Source of the DNA: Eledone cirrhosa
Taxonomy: Eukaryota
Length of the DNA: 64,000 nt
Direction of reading: 5' to 3'
Assembly: GCA_964016885.1 (NCBI GenBank)
Contig: OZ024764.1
Location: 9,796,001 to 9,860,000 of the forward strand
Shown: piece by piece, positions 25,762 through 39,740 of the stretch
Layout: each line of letters begins with the position of its first letter
Numbering within the stretch: the first letter of the stretch is position 1
Notes under the pieces: model-generated
What the model saw: the letters and a program-made list of their open reading frames with translations, nothing else
Databases searched by the model: none
Told to the model about the DNA's origin: nothing
Program-made: the position numbers and the translations under genes

Positions 25762-25830
25762 GTATTCCAAATCTACAATGCCTATATTTTGTGGACCCTA
25801 ACCTATGATCCCCGATGTACAGAGTGGCAG
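25762..25830 (+). CDS. TMEM120: TMEM120 exon (VFQIYNAYILWTLTYDPRCTEWQ)
   Basis: cag|...|gtatgt, 69 nt; matches QLFNA..DPQCKEWQ. Confidence 0.95.
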
Positions 25831-26455
25831 GTATGTTTATTCAGTTTCTCTTTCCTAGTTTTATATTAAATGCAAACAGGTGTAAATGTCGACTGAAAGG
25901 TTCATAGGCTGACAAAGATACTCTCATGGAATAACCAATGGAAACATTATTTCCATTGGTTTGATCTGATGATCAGCTCCTTGCTTTTCTTCACTGTCTC
26001 TCTCTCTCTCTCTTTCTATCGACAGTTGATTGACTTTCATCAAATTGGACCGAGGAAACCTGTTTCTGTTGGTCTTTCCAATTGCTAATACTCTCTATCA
26101 GTCGCAACTCCAAGTAGAAGGAGCAACATGAAATAAAGTGTCTTGCTCAAGGACATAATGCATCACCTGGTCCAGGAATCGAACTCACAAGCTCACCAAT
26201 GAGTCAATTTGTTTTAAACAGCAAGGGAGTTTGAAATTAGAAATAGAAGCTTCCACCGTATTTTCGACTAAAGAAAACTTTAGCCTGATAGTGGAGTTTA
26301 GAACCCTCTAAGACATGGAAAATACTCATCTTTTTCCATTTCTTAGAGGGTTCTAAACTCTTCTATCAGGCTAAAGTTTTCTTTAGTCGAAAATTCGGTG
26401 GAAGCTTCTATTTCTAATTTATATATATATATATAATCTCTCTCTCTCTCTCTAC

Positions 26456-26487
<32 letters not shown>

Positions 26488-26771
26488 ATTCCGTCAGAAA
26501 AGTCCAAGGAAAAAGACTGCTCTATGTAGGTTACAGAGCTTATCAGTTATGTAATAAACAACATGAGATAATTATTTCATTTACCAGTGGTTTCTTGAAA
26601 GCAAACAAATTTGCTTTCAGTCATTAGAATGAAAAAATCCTGGTGTATTTATTGAAAGTGGATTTGCAAAACAAAAATATAATAAATATAATAAAAAATA
26701 TAAAAAATATAATATATATTTATTATATTTTTGTTTTGCAAATCCACTTTCAATAAATACACCAGGATTTT

Positions 26772-26831
26772 TTTCATTCTGATGACTGAAAGCAAATTTG
26801 TCTGCTTTCAAGAAACCACTGGTAAATGAAA
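26772..26831 (+). ncRNA. Type I hammerhead ribozyme; inverted copy with mutated core (CTAATGA) at 26575-26634
   Basis: tttcatt-CTGATGA-c tgaaagca aatttgtc tgctttca a-GAAA-cc act gg-TA-aatgaaa: 7-bp stem I, 8-bp stem II, GUA triplet. Confidence 0.78.
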
Positions 26832-26854
26832 TAATTATCTTGTTGTTAATTACG

Positions 26855-26889
<35 letters not shown>

Positions 26890-27521
26890 AATCTGTTTAC
26901 ATGCCAACACAAGAGCAAGAATGAGGGGCTCATTCTTCTGACATGGTTTTAAAAAAGATGCTGTTTTGCATAATTGCAAACAAATCAAATATTATTATTA
27001 ATATTCGCCATGCTTTCCAGCATAGTTACGTCCCTTTACGATCTGAGTTCAAATCCCGCCGAGGTTGACTTTGCCTTTCATCCTTACGGGGTCGATAAAA
27101 TAAAGTACCAGTAATGCACTGGGTAATTGCTGGCCTTGTGCCTAAAGTAGAAACAATTATTAATATTAGAAAAATTCAAATTACATTTATTAAATATATA
27201 TAGACCCGACTTTCCACGGGTACAAGCCGAACCTGAGCATAGAGACAATATGCCTCCACCCCCTCCCACTGCAAAGTGGTCGTTGAGGTGCCACGGCATA
27301 AAAGCACCCAGCCCACACTGTAAAGTGGTCGTGGAGGTGCCACGGCTAAAAAGCACCCAGCACTCACTGTAAATGAGGTTGGTGTTAGGAAGGGCATCCA
27401 GCTGTAGAAATCAAGCCAGAATCAGTTCCCAAATGAGCAAGACAAGGTCAGCCGACCGGACAATACCCACAATAGGACAACCCGTCTAACCCATGCTAGC
27501 GGGAAGAATGGACATAAAACG

Positions 27522-27559
<38 letters not shown>

Positions 27560-27603
27560 TGCATAAATATATCATCATCATCATTTTACGTCCGCTTTTC
27601 CAT

Positions 27604-27637
<34 letters not shown>

Positions 27638-27720
27638 TATATACATATACATACATAAATATATATATATATATATATATATAAATATACATATACACAT
27701 ATATATATATATATATACAC

Positions 27721-27755
<35 letters not shown>

Positions 27756-27898
27756 CATATATATACATATATATATATACATATACATATATATAAATAT
27801 ATATATACATACATATACCTATATATATATATATATATATATACATACATATACCTATATATATATATACATATACCTATATATATATATACATATAC

Positions 27899-27930
<32 letters not shown>

Positions 27931-27942
27931 ATATATATACAC

Positions 27943-27974
<32 letters not shown>

Positions 27975-28042
27975 ACATATATATATATATACACATATAC
28001 ATATATATATATATACACATATACATATATATATATATACAC

Positions 28043-28082
<40 letters not shown>

Positions 28083-28133
28083 ATATATATACATATATAT
28101 ATATATATCTCAATCTATGTGTCTCTATTCCAG

Positions 28134-29075
28134 GTATTTGCCCTCGGGGCCATAACGTTTGGCCTGGCCGCTGGTAACACCATCACCACCCTCATAGTTA
28201 TCAGGGACAAACTCAACAAGGACGGCTTCACACTGCGCAACTTCCGACACAAATACCGCTTCAACCACTCCGCTGCCACCAAATCACAGGCCGCTGCATC
28301 TCCGCTGCCAGCAGCAACAACAACAAAAACAACTCCATCGTCACCATTATTATCATCAACAACAGCAAAATTGAGGACGACCACAAAAACAACAGCAGCA
28401 ACAACACTATCTGAAGCTGCTGCTGCTCCTGTTGTTGATACTCCTACTTCTACTGCTGCTACTGCTGCTGCTGCTGCTATTATTTCTCCCCCTCCTGTCT
28501 CTACTCCCCTTCTTTCTCCTCCTCTTTCGACTACTGCCTCTCCTCTTCCTTCAGATCCGCCCACTGTCTCTTCAACCCCGCCCACTGTCTCTTCAGATCT
28601 GCCCATTGTCTCTTCAACCCCGCCCACTGTCTCTTCAGGTCTGCCCACTGTCTCTTCAGGTCTGCCCACTGTCTCTTCAACCCTGCCCACTGTCTCTTCA
28701 ACCCCGCCCACTGTCTCTTCAGATCTGCCCACTGTCTCTTCAACCCCGCCCACTGTCTCATCAGACCCGCCCATTGTCTCTTCAGATCCGCCCACTGTCT
28801 CTTCAACCCCGCCCATTGTCTCTTCAGATCCGCCCATTATCTCTTCAACTCCACCCACTGTCTCTTCAATCCCGCCCACTATTTCTCCTCCTCCAGATGA
28901 TTCTCTGCCCATTGTCTCTGCTGCCACCACTCCCCCTACCCCCTCTTTTTCTACAGTCTCTCCTCCTCCCACACCCCTTCTTTCCCTTCCCACAGTTGAT
29001 GATGATGCTGCTGCTACTACTACTACTGCCGATACTACTACTACTACTGCTGCTAAAGAACAAGAGAACATGTGA
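28134..29075 (+). CDS. TMEM120: TMEM120 terminal exon: last TM helix ([27 protein letters not shown]) plus a long S/T/P-rich tail with 21-bp repeats
   Basis: cag| acceptor in phase 0 after EWQ; GNxxTT motif; open to TGA at 29073-29075. Confidence 0.85.
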   Translation, partial: VFALGAITFGLAAGNTITTLIVIRDKLNKDGFTLRNFRHKYRFNHSAATKSQAAASPLPAATTTKTTPSSPLLSSTTAKLRTTTKTTAATTLSEAAAAPVVDTPTSTAATAAAAAIISPPPVSTPLLSPPLSTTASPLPSDPPTVSSTPPTVSSDLPIVSSTPPTVSSGLPTVSSGLPTVSSTLPTVSSTPPTVSSDLPTVSSTPPTVSSDPPIVSSDPPTVSSTPPIVSSDPPIISSTPPTVSSIPPTISPPPDDSLPIVSAATTPPTPSFSTVSPPPTPLLSLPTVDDDAAATTTTADTTTTTAAKEQENM

Positions 29076-29209
29076 GGTGATGTGATGTGAAGGCTGAGAT
29101 GCATGTCTTTCTATGTGAGAGGGAGAGAGAGGCAGACCTCCTCCTTCTTCTTCCTTTACACTTCTTCCCTCTCAACAACTGCTGCTGCTACCACCACTGC
29201 TGCAGTTGT

Positions 29210-30128
29210 GACAACAGCAACAGCAACAGTAACAACAGCAACAACAACAGCAACAACAGTAACAGCAACAGCAGCAACAACAGTAACAACAGTAACAACA
29301 GTAACAACAACAGTAACAACAACAACAGTAACAACAACAGTAACAACAACAACAGTAACAACAACAACAGTAACAGCAACAACAGTAACAGCAACAACAG
29401 TAACAGCAACAACAGTAACAGCAACAACAAACAACAGTAACAACAAACAACAGTAACAACAAACAACAGTAACAACAGCAACAACAGTAACAACAAACAA
29501 CAGTAACAACAACAACAGTAACAGCAACAACAAACAACAGTAACAACAGCAACAGCAACAACAACAACAGCAACAACAACAGTAACAACAACAGCAACAA
29601 CAAACAGTAACAAACAACAGTAACAAACAACAGTAACAACAACAGCAACAACAACAACAGCAACAACAACAGCAACAACAACAGTAACAACACTAACAAC
29701 AGTAACAACAGCAGCAGCAGTAACAACAGCAACAACAGTAACAACACAGTAACAACAACAGTAACAACAACAACAGTAACAACAACAGTAACAACAACAG
29801 CAGCAGCAGTAACAACAGTAACAACAGCAACAACAACAGTAACAACAACAGCAACAACAGTAACAACAGTAACAACAACAGTAACAACAACAGTAACAAC
29901 AGTAACAACAACAACAGTAACAACAACAGTAACAACAGTAACAACAACAGTAACAACAGTAACAACACTAACAACAGTAACAACAGCAACAACAACAGCA
30001 GCAGCAGTAACAACAGTAACAACAGCAACAACACAGTAACAACAGTAACAACACAGTAACAACAACAGTAACAACAGCAACAACAACAGTAACAACAACA
30101 GTAACAACAACAACAGTAACAACAACAC
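29210..30128. repeat. Degenerate trinucleotide repeat (AAC/AGC/AGT)n downstream of the stop
   Basis: Directly visible. Confidence 0.95.
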
Positions 30129-30284
30129 CAATTATGTAAGAAAACCAGCACATACCCTTCTTCCCCCCTCTCTGTTCGCCCTGAACCACCAACGCTTGAC
30201 TCTTTGTCTGTCCTAGGGAGGACGAAGGAGTTGGCACTCCTTAACGACATTACCAATGTTATCATTATTACCGTTATTATCATA

Positions 30285-32138
30285 AGGGCAGTGGCTTGGC
30301 AGTACAATCGGCAGAGCGTCGGACATCGGGCGTGCTTTGTGGCACAGAGTTACGCCCCTTTGCGTTCTGATTTGCTTTTTATCCTTGCGGCTTACGGGGT
30401 TGATAAAATGAAGTACCAGTCATGCACTGGGGTCAATTTAATCGACTTTCCCCTTCCCCAAAATTGCTGGCCTTGTGCCTGTCGGACGCCATGCTTTCCA
30501 GCATAGAGTTACGTCCCTTTATGGTCTGAGTTCAAATCCCGCCGAGGTTAACTTTGCCTTTCATCCTTACGGGGGTCGATAAAATAAAGTACCAGTAATA
30601 CACTGGGGGTCGATTTAATCGACTCTCTCTTTCCCCCCTCCCTCAAAATTGCTGGCTTTGTGCCTAAATTAGAAACCATTATTATTATTAATAGGGCGGT
30701 GGATTGACAGAATCAGTAGAGCGCCGAAAAACATGGTCTGTGTGGCATAGAGTTACGTCTCTTTACTTTCTGAGTTCAAATCCCGCTGAGGTTAACTTTG
30801 CCTTTCATCCTTACAGGGTCGATAAAATAAAGTACCAGCAATGTACTGGGGGTAATTGCTGGCCTTGTGCCAAGAGTAGAAACTATTATTATTATTGTCG
30901 GCTCGGTGGATTTGCAGTCGTTTGAAAGTCCGATAGAATACCTTGTGGTATTTATTTCGGGCTTTTTTGAGTTCAGGTCCCTCTGAGGGAAATTTCATCT
31001 GTCATCCTTTTGAGGTTGATAGAGAAAGTACCAGTAATCTACTAGAGTTGATTCTTCCTCTCTTAAATCTATCTCTCTCTCTCTCTTTCTGTCTCGAAGA
31101 AATCGGCTGTGCATGAACCCCCTGGAGAGAGAGATAGAGACTGTAGGGAATGAGCTTCACCATGTTTATTAAAATGCCTCCAAGACATGCTGTATGTAAA
31201 TACAGCACCACATCTACGACACCACAAGGAGTTACAGCTCCATACATACATTACATTACATTACATGTTGAATAATGGAAATAGTACCAGTGATACGCTG
31301 GTTTCAATTAAATTGACTGTAACCCCCCTCTCTTCCCTTCCTTTCCTCTCCTCCTCCACCAAACTTACCCTCCAGCTATAACGAAACACCTGTGGTTTTG
31401 TGCCAGCTTTAGAATCGGATGAGGATCGGACACCATGCTTTACAGCATAGTGTTATGGCCCTTTACGTTCTGAGTTCAAATTTCCACCGAGGTTAAACTT
31501 TGCCTTTCATCCTTACGGGGGTCGATAAAATAAAGTACCAGTAATGTACTGGGGTCAATTTAATCGACTTCCCACCCTCTCTCCCTCAAATTGCTGGCCT
31601 TGTGCCTATATAAGGAACAATTATTATTATTATTAATTAATTAATTAATTATTATTTTTATTGATATCAGCCCTGTGTGGTTAATAAAGAAACCATTATC
31701 ATTTTGTTGTTGTTGTTGTTATTGTCAGTGTTGGTAGAGTCGGACGGCGTGCTTTGCAGCATAGAGTTGCGGCCCTTTACAGCCTGAGTTGAAATCCCGC
31801 CGAGGTTAACTTTGCTTTTCATCCTTACAGGGCCGATGAAATAAAGTACCAGTAATGTGCTGGGGTCATTGCTGGCTTTGTGCCAAAAAATAGAAACATT
31901 ATTATTATTATTAGGGTGGTGGATTGGCAGAATTGGTAGAGCGTCAGACAACATGCTTCACAGCATAGAGTTGCGGCCCTTTACATTCTGATTTCAAATC
32001 GCGCCAAAGTTAACTTTGGCATCCTTATGGGGTCGATAAAATAAAGTACCAGTCACGCACTGAGGTTGATTTAATCGACTTTCCCCTCCCCCAAAATTGC
32101 TGGCCTTGTGCCTATATGAGAAACCATTATTATTATTG
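30285..32138 (+). mobile_element. Cluster of tRNA-SINE family 2 copies (Meta-domain-like core, (ATT)n tail); others at ~27005, 35290, 37510, 38510-38895(-), 40930-41240, 44218, 58080, 58203-58390(-)
   Basis: Head gggcggtggattggcag..gtagag, B box gttcaaatcc, core gcctttcatccttacggggtcgataaaat; the domain name is from recall. Confidence 0.85.
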
Positions 32139-32619
32139 AAGGCGCATGGCTTAGTGTGAGAGCATTGGCTTTGCAATCGAAAGGTTGTGAGTTCAATTCT
32201 CAGACCGGGTGATGTGTTGTTTCCTTGAGCAAGACACTTTATTTCACATTGCTCTAGTTTACTCAGCTGTAGAAATGAGATGATAGGAACTGGGGTCCAT
32301 ATCATTCCACTGTAAAGTGGTCGTGGAGGTGCCATGGCAAAAAAGCACCCAGCACTCACTGTAAATGAGGTTGGTGTTAGGAAGGGCATCCAGCTGTAGA
32401 AATCAAGCCAGAATCAGTTCCCGTCCCACCCTTGCAAGCAGGGAAAAGCGGACGTAAAATGAAATGATATATTTTTCGTTTCTGAATTTGTTTAGCAAGA
32501 TTCTTTATCTGAAAACATGTGTTGAAACCGAAATTGTTATACTTTGGGAGGGTCATGTTGCCAATAAGAAACACACGCACCAGTTGCTTTCACTCCAATT
32601 TATTATAAATTAATCCCCA

Positions 32620-32662
32620 GTCACTGAAGAGGTCACAGAATGTGTGACGAAAGAACTTTGAC
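32620..32662 (+). ncRNA. Hammerhead ribozyme motif inside inverted-repeat element 32533-32813
   Basis: gtca-CTGAAGA-g gtcaca gaatg tgtgac-GAAA-g aa c-TT-tgac. Confidence 0.6.
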
Positions 32663-33101
32663 AATATATGAACAATCATCCGGTTGTGGAACCAATCAAC
32701 CAACCAGAAATTTATAAATTCTTAAATTTATAAATTTAATTTATAATAAATTGGAGTGAAACACTGGTGCGTGTGTTTCTATAGGCAACATGACCCTCCC
32801 AAAGTATAACAATATATATATATATATATACATGATGATGATGATATATTAAGTGTTCCCGTAGGAAGGGGAAAGGAGAGTGCTCTATGTATGCTACAGA
32901 GCTATTTAGTTATGTAATAAACAACATAAGACAATTATTCCATTTACCAAAGGTTTCACGAAGACAGACGAGCTGGAATAATTGTCTTATGTTGTTTATT
33001 ACATAACTATATATATATATACACATACATATATATATAATTATGCATATGTATATATCTCAGTGTGGGTATATATATATATATATATATAGATATAGAT
33101 A

Positions 33102-33133
<32 letters not shown>

Positions 33134-33299
33134 ATTATCACCCCTGCTAATAATAAATAAGTGTTTTGTTTTACTTTCGGTGAGAGACAGATAGAAAAAC
33201 ATTTGTATCTTTAGTACACCCTAAAGCTTTCATTACAATTACTGAATATGTCTAACGTAGTAATAACTGGAGTTAACTGGTCAAGATGGCCAACAACAA

Positions 33300-34641
33300 C
33301 CATGAGCACTTTTTTGAATTCCATGTGTCTAACACATGAGGACATGTCTTACAAAGTCAGAAAACAGCACAGCTCCCATGACTTTCGGAAATATTTTTTT
33401 CCTGCTCAGAGTTGCTGAAGCATGGAACAAACTCCCTGCGTCATTTGTTAGCTGTCGAGACACTGCATCCTTTAAAACCTCCATGGAACAAACTACCTGC
33501 ATCAGTTGTTAGCTGTTGAGACACTGCATCCTTTGAAACCTCCATGGAACAAACTGCCTGCATCAGTTGTTAGCTGTCAAGACACTGCATCCTTTGAAAC
33601 CTCCATGGAACAAACTGCCTGCATCAGTTGTTAGCTGTCGAGACACTGCATCCTTTAAAACCTCCATGGAACAAACTGCCTCCATCAGTTGTTAGCTGTC
33701 GAGACACTGCATCCTTTAAAACCTCCATGGAACAAACTACCTCCATCAGTTGTTAGCTGTCGAGACACTGCATCCTTTAAAACCTCCATGGAACAAACTG
33801 CCTGCATCAGTTGTTAGCTGTTGAGACACTGCATCCTTTAAAACCTCCATGGAACAAACTGCCTGCATCAGTTGTTAACTGTCGAGACACTGCATCCTTT
33901 GAAACCTCCATGGAACAAACTGCCTGCATCAGTTGTTAGCTGTCGAGACACTGAATCCTTTGAAACCTCCATGGAACAAACTGCCTGCATCAGTTGTTAG
34001 CTGTCGAGACACTGCATCCTTTAAAACCTCCATGGAACAAACTACCTGCATCAGTTGTTAGCTGTCGAGACACTGCATCCTTTAAAACCTCCATGGAACA
34101 AACTGCTTGCATCAGTTGTTAGCTGTCGAGACACTGCATCCTTTAAAACCTCCATGCCTCCTGAAATTCACCAACACTACACCTGATATCCCCCCTCCAT
34201 ACACACTCACACATGTATATCATGACTCATACACCGTTCACTTTGCTGACATTTGTACATTATTCTATTTACTATACATGCACCTTTGATGAGTTGTAGT
34301 GCACCTGAGCACTGTACACACTAATGTTTATCATATATATATATATGCCCGCATGTATCTGTGTGTATAACATAACTCATTCCCTTTCCTGACATTTGTA
34401 CATTATCCTATGTACTATACATGCACCTTTGATGAGTTGTAGTGCACCTGAGCACTACACAATAATATTTATTATATATATATATATATATATATATAAA
34501 AACGCACATATATAAGCACGCATGTATCAGTGTGTATATTATGACTCGTACACTGTTAATTTTCCTGACATTTGTATATTATTCTATGTACCATACATGC
34601 ACCTTTGATGAGTTGTAGTGCACCTGAGCACTGTACACAAT

Positions 34642-34695
<54 letters not shown>

Positions 34696-34770
34696 GCATG
34701 TGTGTATATCATGACTCATACACTGTTCACTTTCCTGACAGTTGTACATTATTCTATGTACTATACATGC
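33300..34770 (+). mobile_element. CR1 3' fragment with a 61-bp tandem (12 copies, 33421-34152) and a repeated 3'UTR
   Basis: RKYFF..RVAEAWNKLPAS..SFK; gacatttgtacattattctatgtactatacatgcacc recurs four times. Confidence 0.85.
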
Positions 34771-35799
34771 AGCGATGATCAAAACAAACTTCAAAGTGTA
34801 AACAAACTTCTCGTAGGTGCTGCGAGATACACTATAACATGAGTATACGAAGTGTAACTGGAAGTTTGGTCGTATTATATTACTTTCAAATTGACCCCTA
34901 TTATATTCAAATTGTCCCCTTGTGTGGCGTGTACCCCACGTTGGGAATCCTTGATATAAATATACGTGAGCGTCTTGTTATGACTGCTATTTCTAGCAGG
35001 TTTATTGCTGTCCTGTAGGCGCACAACACAAACCGGAAGTGGCAGCCATTAAAAAAACTTAGGCTTAAAAATCACGAAAGCTGTAAAGATTCTATATTGT
35101 AAATACGGTGGTCGCATGTTCGAATCCAGGCAACTCCTGAGAACAATAACAAAAGACTTCTGTTAGCCAACTAATAGAGAAAGAAGGACAAATATGGACA
35201 AAGATATGAACTCCTCTCTCAAAATATGTATGTACAAATTAATAATTTTTCTTCCACTTTTTATTACGACCCCCGTAAGGATGAAAAGGTTAACTTTGCC
35301 TTTCATCCTTACGGGGTCGCTAAAATAAAGTACCAGTAATACACTGGGTATTTTCCTGGCCTTGTGCCAATAGTAGAAACAATTATTAAATGCAGAAATA
35401 TCCTCTTTATAAATAAATAAATGTTTTGATATTACACTGAAAGAATCTCTTCAGTATTTTCTACTGAAAAAATCCTTTTCCTTTCTACTATTTGTTTTTT
35501 TTATATATATCAACTCGTGTGTTACTTTTCTACATTCAATATATATATATATATATATATAGTAATCGTTTGCAATTGCTTCAGAATGAAAATATAAACA
35601 GAGCATAAAAAAATTTACAGTATAATAACATAAATATGTTTTAAATATATACATAAATAACATTACAAATGCCTCGGTAACACTATAAAGGATGATACAA
35701 TGAAAGATATATTCCTTCAATGCTACAATATTAAAGAAAATGTAAAGCAAGGAAGGGGTGAACAACGGAGCCAACACCAGAGCAAAAGATAGCAACGAA

Positions 35800-36215
35800 G
35801 AGTACTGGGCAACCTCTCTAATGATTTTTGAGGCAAGCCATTACACTGGCAGCGTTGCTTCGGGTGATGGCGAGGCTGATGCGCTGAAACAGCCAAGCAC
35901 CCTCGCGAGATTCGCCAGTTACCTCTATTATGCCAGCCGCTATTGAGGAAAGGAACCTCGCAGCCAGCGGCCCGACTCCCCCCAAACGTCTCGAAAACCA
36001 CAGGCTGAATAATGTAGCTGGCCGCCGACAGATCAGACTATTTGAGGGTCTTACTCCGCTCGGCTGCAGAAGCTGTAGCTCTCGTCCTAACCGCAGCATC
36101 CAGGATGAGGGAAAGAGCAAAAGAGTCACTAACAGTGACGTCCCAGACAAGGCACCTGCCTCTCGACCAGGGGCACAGGGTAAGACCGTCAGGTCTTTTG
36201 CCGTCACTTCTGATC
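35800..36215 (-). mobile_element. CRE-clade retrotransposon 3' fragment (RLE domain)
   Basis: PDGLTLCPWSRGRCLVWDVT..VFETFGG..AWLFQRISLAITRSNAASV, with frameshifts and a stop. Confidence 0.8.
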
Positions 36216-36380
36216 AACCCTCTACTGTAAATTTATTTATATGGTCTGTTTATATTTCCATTCTGAAGGAATTGCAAACGATTTGTAATGTTGTTTGTGC
36301 AACTGTGAAGTATATATAGTAATCTGTATCGCACTTAATTGTATCTCTCTGCGCCCCCCTCTCCTACGATACTTATACCC

Positions 36381-36424
<44 letters not shown>

Positions 36425-37112
36425 GTAGAACACTGGAAGGTAATATCCGTAGTGGTAGGGCACTCACTCCATAGGACGAGTTTGGTAGAAGTAGTAACAC
36501 AACAGTTAGTTCACCATACCAAGAACAATTATTTCACCTGAGGTTGGCTGGACATGCTCACCGACATCCAGAGTTGACATTGCACTCAGTGCTCCTTTGG
36601 GAGCCCCTACATGGACACACTAGAAGAGGAAGACCAAGGTTAACATATGTTGATGCCCTAAGGACAGACACTGGTCTGTTGGAGATGCAGGATATGGCAG
36701 CGATAATGAGGGACAGAGACCGCTGGAGAGAACTCGTCCATGGATCTCGGGAATTTTACCCGCCTTAGATAGATATATATATTTATAAACGGAAAAAATG
36801 AAACGAAATTTCATTTCCCACTCTTAGTACGGCTGTTACTTAAATATAAGTATGTACACGTACATACTTATATGTATGCAGACGTACAGTAGTATGTATA
36901 TATATATACATACATGCACACATATATATATGTACGTATGGATTCACCGAACATTTATTATAATGCTCGGTGTGTTTGTAAACAAACATCCCGAATTAAG
37001 CCGTACAGAGTCTAGCAACCATCGTTGCTCGTTTGTTCAACACTGACAAAGGAACGCTGTACTAGTTTCAAGCTTACTAGCTATCGTCAGCAACGTATAC
37101 CTTCCTGCCAGA

Positions 37113-37160
<48 letters not shown>

Positions 37161-39684
37161 ATGGAGGCGGTAAAAACCAGTTATACCATTATTCACCAGA
37201 ATACTCGATACTTGGAGTAGTAGAGTGGGTAATATGAAAAATTCGGGACCCTAACAGAACGGCTGTTGAAACAGCCGGAGCTCAGCCATCGGGGTCCCGA
37301 ATTTTTCATATATATACACGCACACAATAAAATAAAATTACTATAATGATTGTATAACGCAAATACTTGCGTTTAATTAACCAAATCTCAATTTTTAATG
37401 GATTAACTTCCTGTCAGGTAATAATTAAGCCTAAAAATTAGGTGTTAAAACGTTAGGAAGAATCTCTTTAAGGAAGAGAACTCTAATATGATAGTAATAA
37501 AGGGGGCTAACTGGTGGATTGGCAGTATCGGTAGAGGGTCGGACGCCACGCATAGTGTTAGGGCCCTTGCCATTCTGAGTTCAAATCCTGCCGAGGTTAA
37601 CTTTGCCTTTCATCCTTACGGGGTTGATAAAATAAAGTACCAGTAATGTACTGGGTAATTGCGGGGGTGGGGGTGGAGGTGATGGTGTTACTGATGTTAG
37701 TGTTAGTGATGGTGGCATTGGTGGTGGTGATCATGTTGTTGTTGCTGTTGTCGGCAGTGGTGGTGGCAGTGGTATAGGTTATGGGCTTGCAGATATATAG
37801 AGATAGGAAGGAGGGGGAGAAGGGAATTAAAATGGGTGTGACAGGGTGAATCTAAAAAAAAAATATCAGAGAGAGATAGACAGCAAAAAAAAACATGGCA
37901 GGTTCGGCAGTTAGAGATATAGACGGGTAGATATGTATTTAGAAAGAAGGAGGAGAGGAAATTAAAGAAGGTGAGTGAACATAAATATATATATATATAT
38001 GGAGGCACATGGCTTAGTGGTTAGAGCATTGGCCTTGCAATCGAAAGGTTATGAGTTCAATTCTCAGACCGGGCGATGTGTTGTTTCCTTGAGCAAGACA
38101 CTTTATTTCACATTGCTCCAGTTTACTCAGCTGTAGAAATGAGATGATAGGGACTGGGGTCCCTATCATTCCACTGCAAAGTGGTCGTGGAGGTGCCACA
38201 GCAAAAAAGCACCCACCACTCACTGTAAATGAGGTTGGTGTTAGGAAGGGCATCCAGCTGTAGAAATCAAGCCAGAATCAGTTCCCGTCCCACCCTTGCA
38301 AGGAGGGAAAAAGCGGACGTAAAATGAAATGATGATGATGATGATGATAACAACATATTTATTTGACAAACATTTATAAAACTGTATAACCCTTTGAAGA
38401 ACAGAAGGAATAGGGAATTCTACTTTACAGACACTTTATAAACTTCTGCAATCCCTTGAAAATATCAAGACAAGGCAAGAGAAACAGAGAAAGAAAGATG
38501 GATATAATAATAATTGTTTCTACTTTAGGCACAAGGCCAGCAATCACCCAGTGCATTACTGGTACTTTATTTTATCGACCCCGTAAGGATGAAAGGCAAA
38601 GTCAACCTCGGCGGGATTTGAACTCAGATTGTAAAGGGACGTAACTATGCTGGAAAGCATGGTGTCCGACCCTCTACCGATACTGCCAATCCACCGCCCT
38701 TTATATAATATAATAATAATAATAATAATTGTTTCTACTTTAGGCACAAGGCCAGCAATCACCCAGTGCATTACTGGTACTTTTTTTTATCGACCCCGTA
38801 AGGATGAAAGGCAAAGTCAACCTCGGCGGGATTTGAACTCAGATCATAAAGGGACTTAACTATGCTGGAAAGCATGGCGTCCGACCCTCTACCGATAATA
38901 ATGAAAATATTGTGTATGAGTCATGATATAATGAAAATTATTGTGTACAGTGCTCAGGTGCACTACAACTTATCAAAGGTGCATGTATAGTACATAGAAT
39001 AATGTACAAATGTCAGGAAAGTGAACAGTGTATGAGTCATGATATACACATGTGTGCGTGTGTATGGACCACAATTTTGGTGCTTGGAGCTGTTTGTATT
39101 TTATGTGTCTATCTGTAAGTACTGAATTGACTTAAAATCAAATTTAGAGTGATACACACTATATATCATCATCATCACCGTTTTACGTCCATTCTTCCAC
39201 GCTAGCATGGGTTAGACAGGTTGCCCTGTTGTGGGCAGTGTCCGGTCGGCTGACCTTGTCTTGCTCATACGGGAACTGATTCTTGCTTTATTTCTACAGC
39301 TGGATGCCCTTCCTAACATCAACCTCATTTACAGTGAGTACCAAATGCTTTTTTACCGTGGCGCCTACACGTCCACTTTACAGTGTGGGCTGGGTGCTAT
39401 TTGACCGTGGCGCCTACACGTCCACTTTACAGTGAATATTTATTTGGTTCCTTTACCGGTTTCACAGTTCTTATGCTTTTCAAAAGTAGAATTGAGATGG
39501 AGGGTTTGTGGTTTTTCTTGGATCTGCGACAAAAATCACAATGCAAGAAAAACCATGTGAGAAAAACCACAAACCCTCCATCTCAATTCTACTTTTGAAA
39601 AGCATAAGAACTGTGAAACCGGTAAAGGAACCAAATAAATGTTCTTGAAAACACTCCAGTTGCATTTTCGATTTCATCTTTTTT

Positions 39685-39740
<56 letters not shown>

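Noticed and set aside
28115-29104. 329-aa antisense ORF over the TMEM120 last exon
   Set aside because: Shadow frame of the 21-bp repeat and low-complexity sense CDS
29087-30307. Poly-Leu/Val/Cys/Thr ORFs; also YI/CV ORFs at 11-12 kb and 27.5-28.1 kb
   Set aside because: Microsatellite translations
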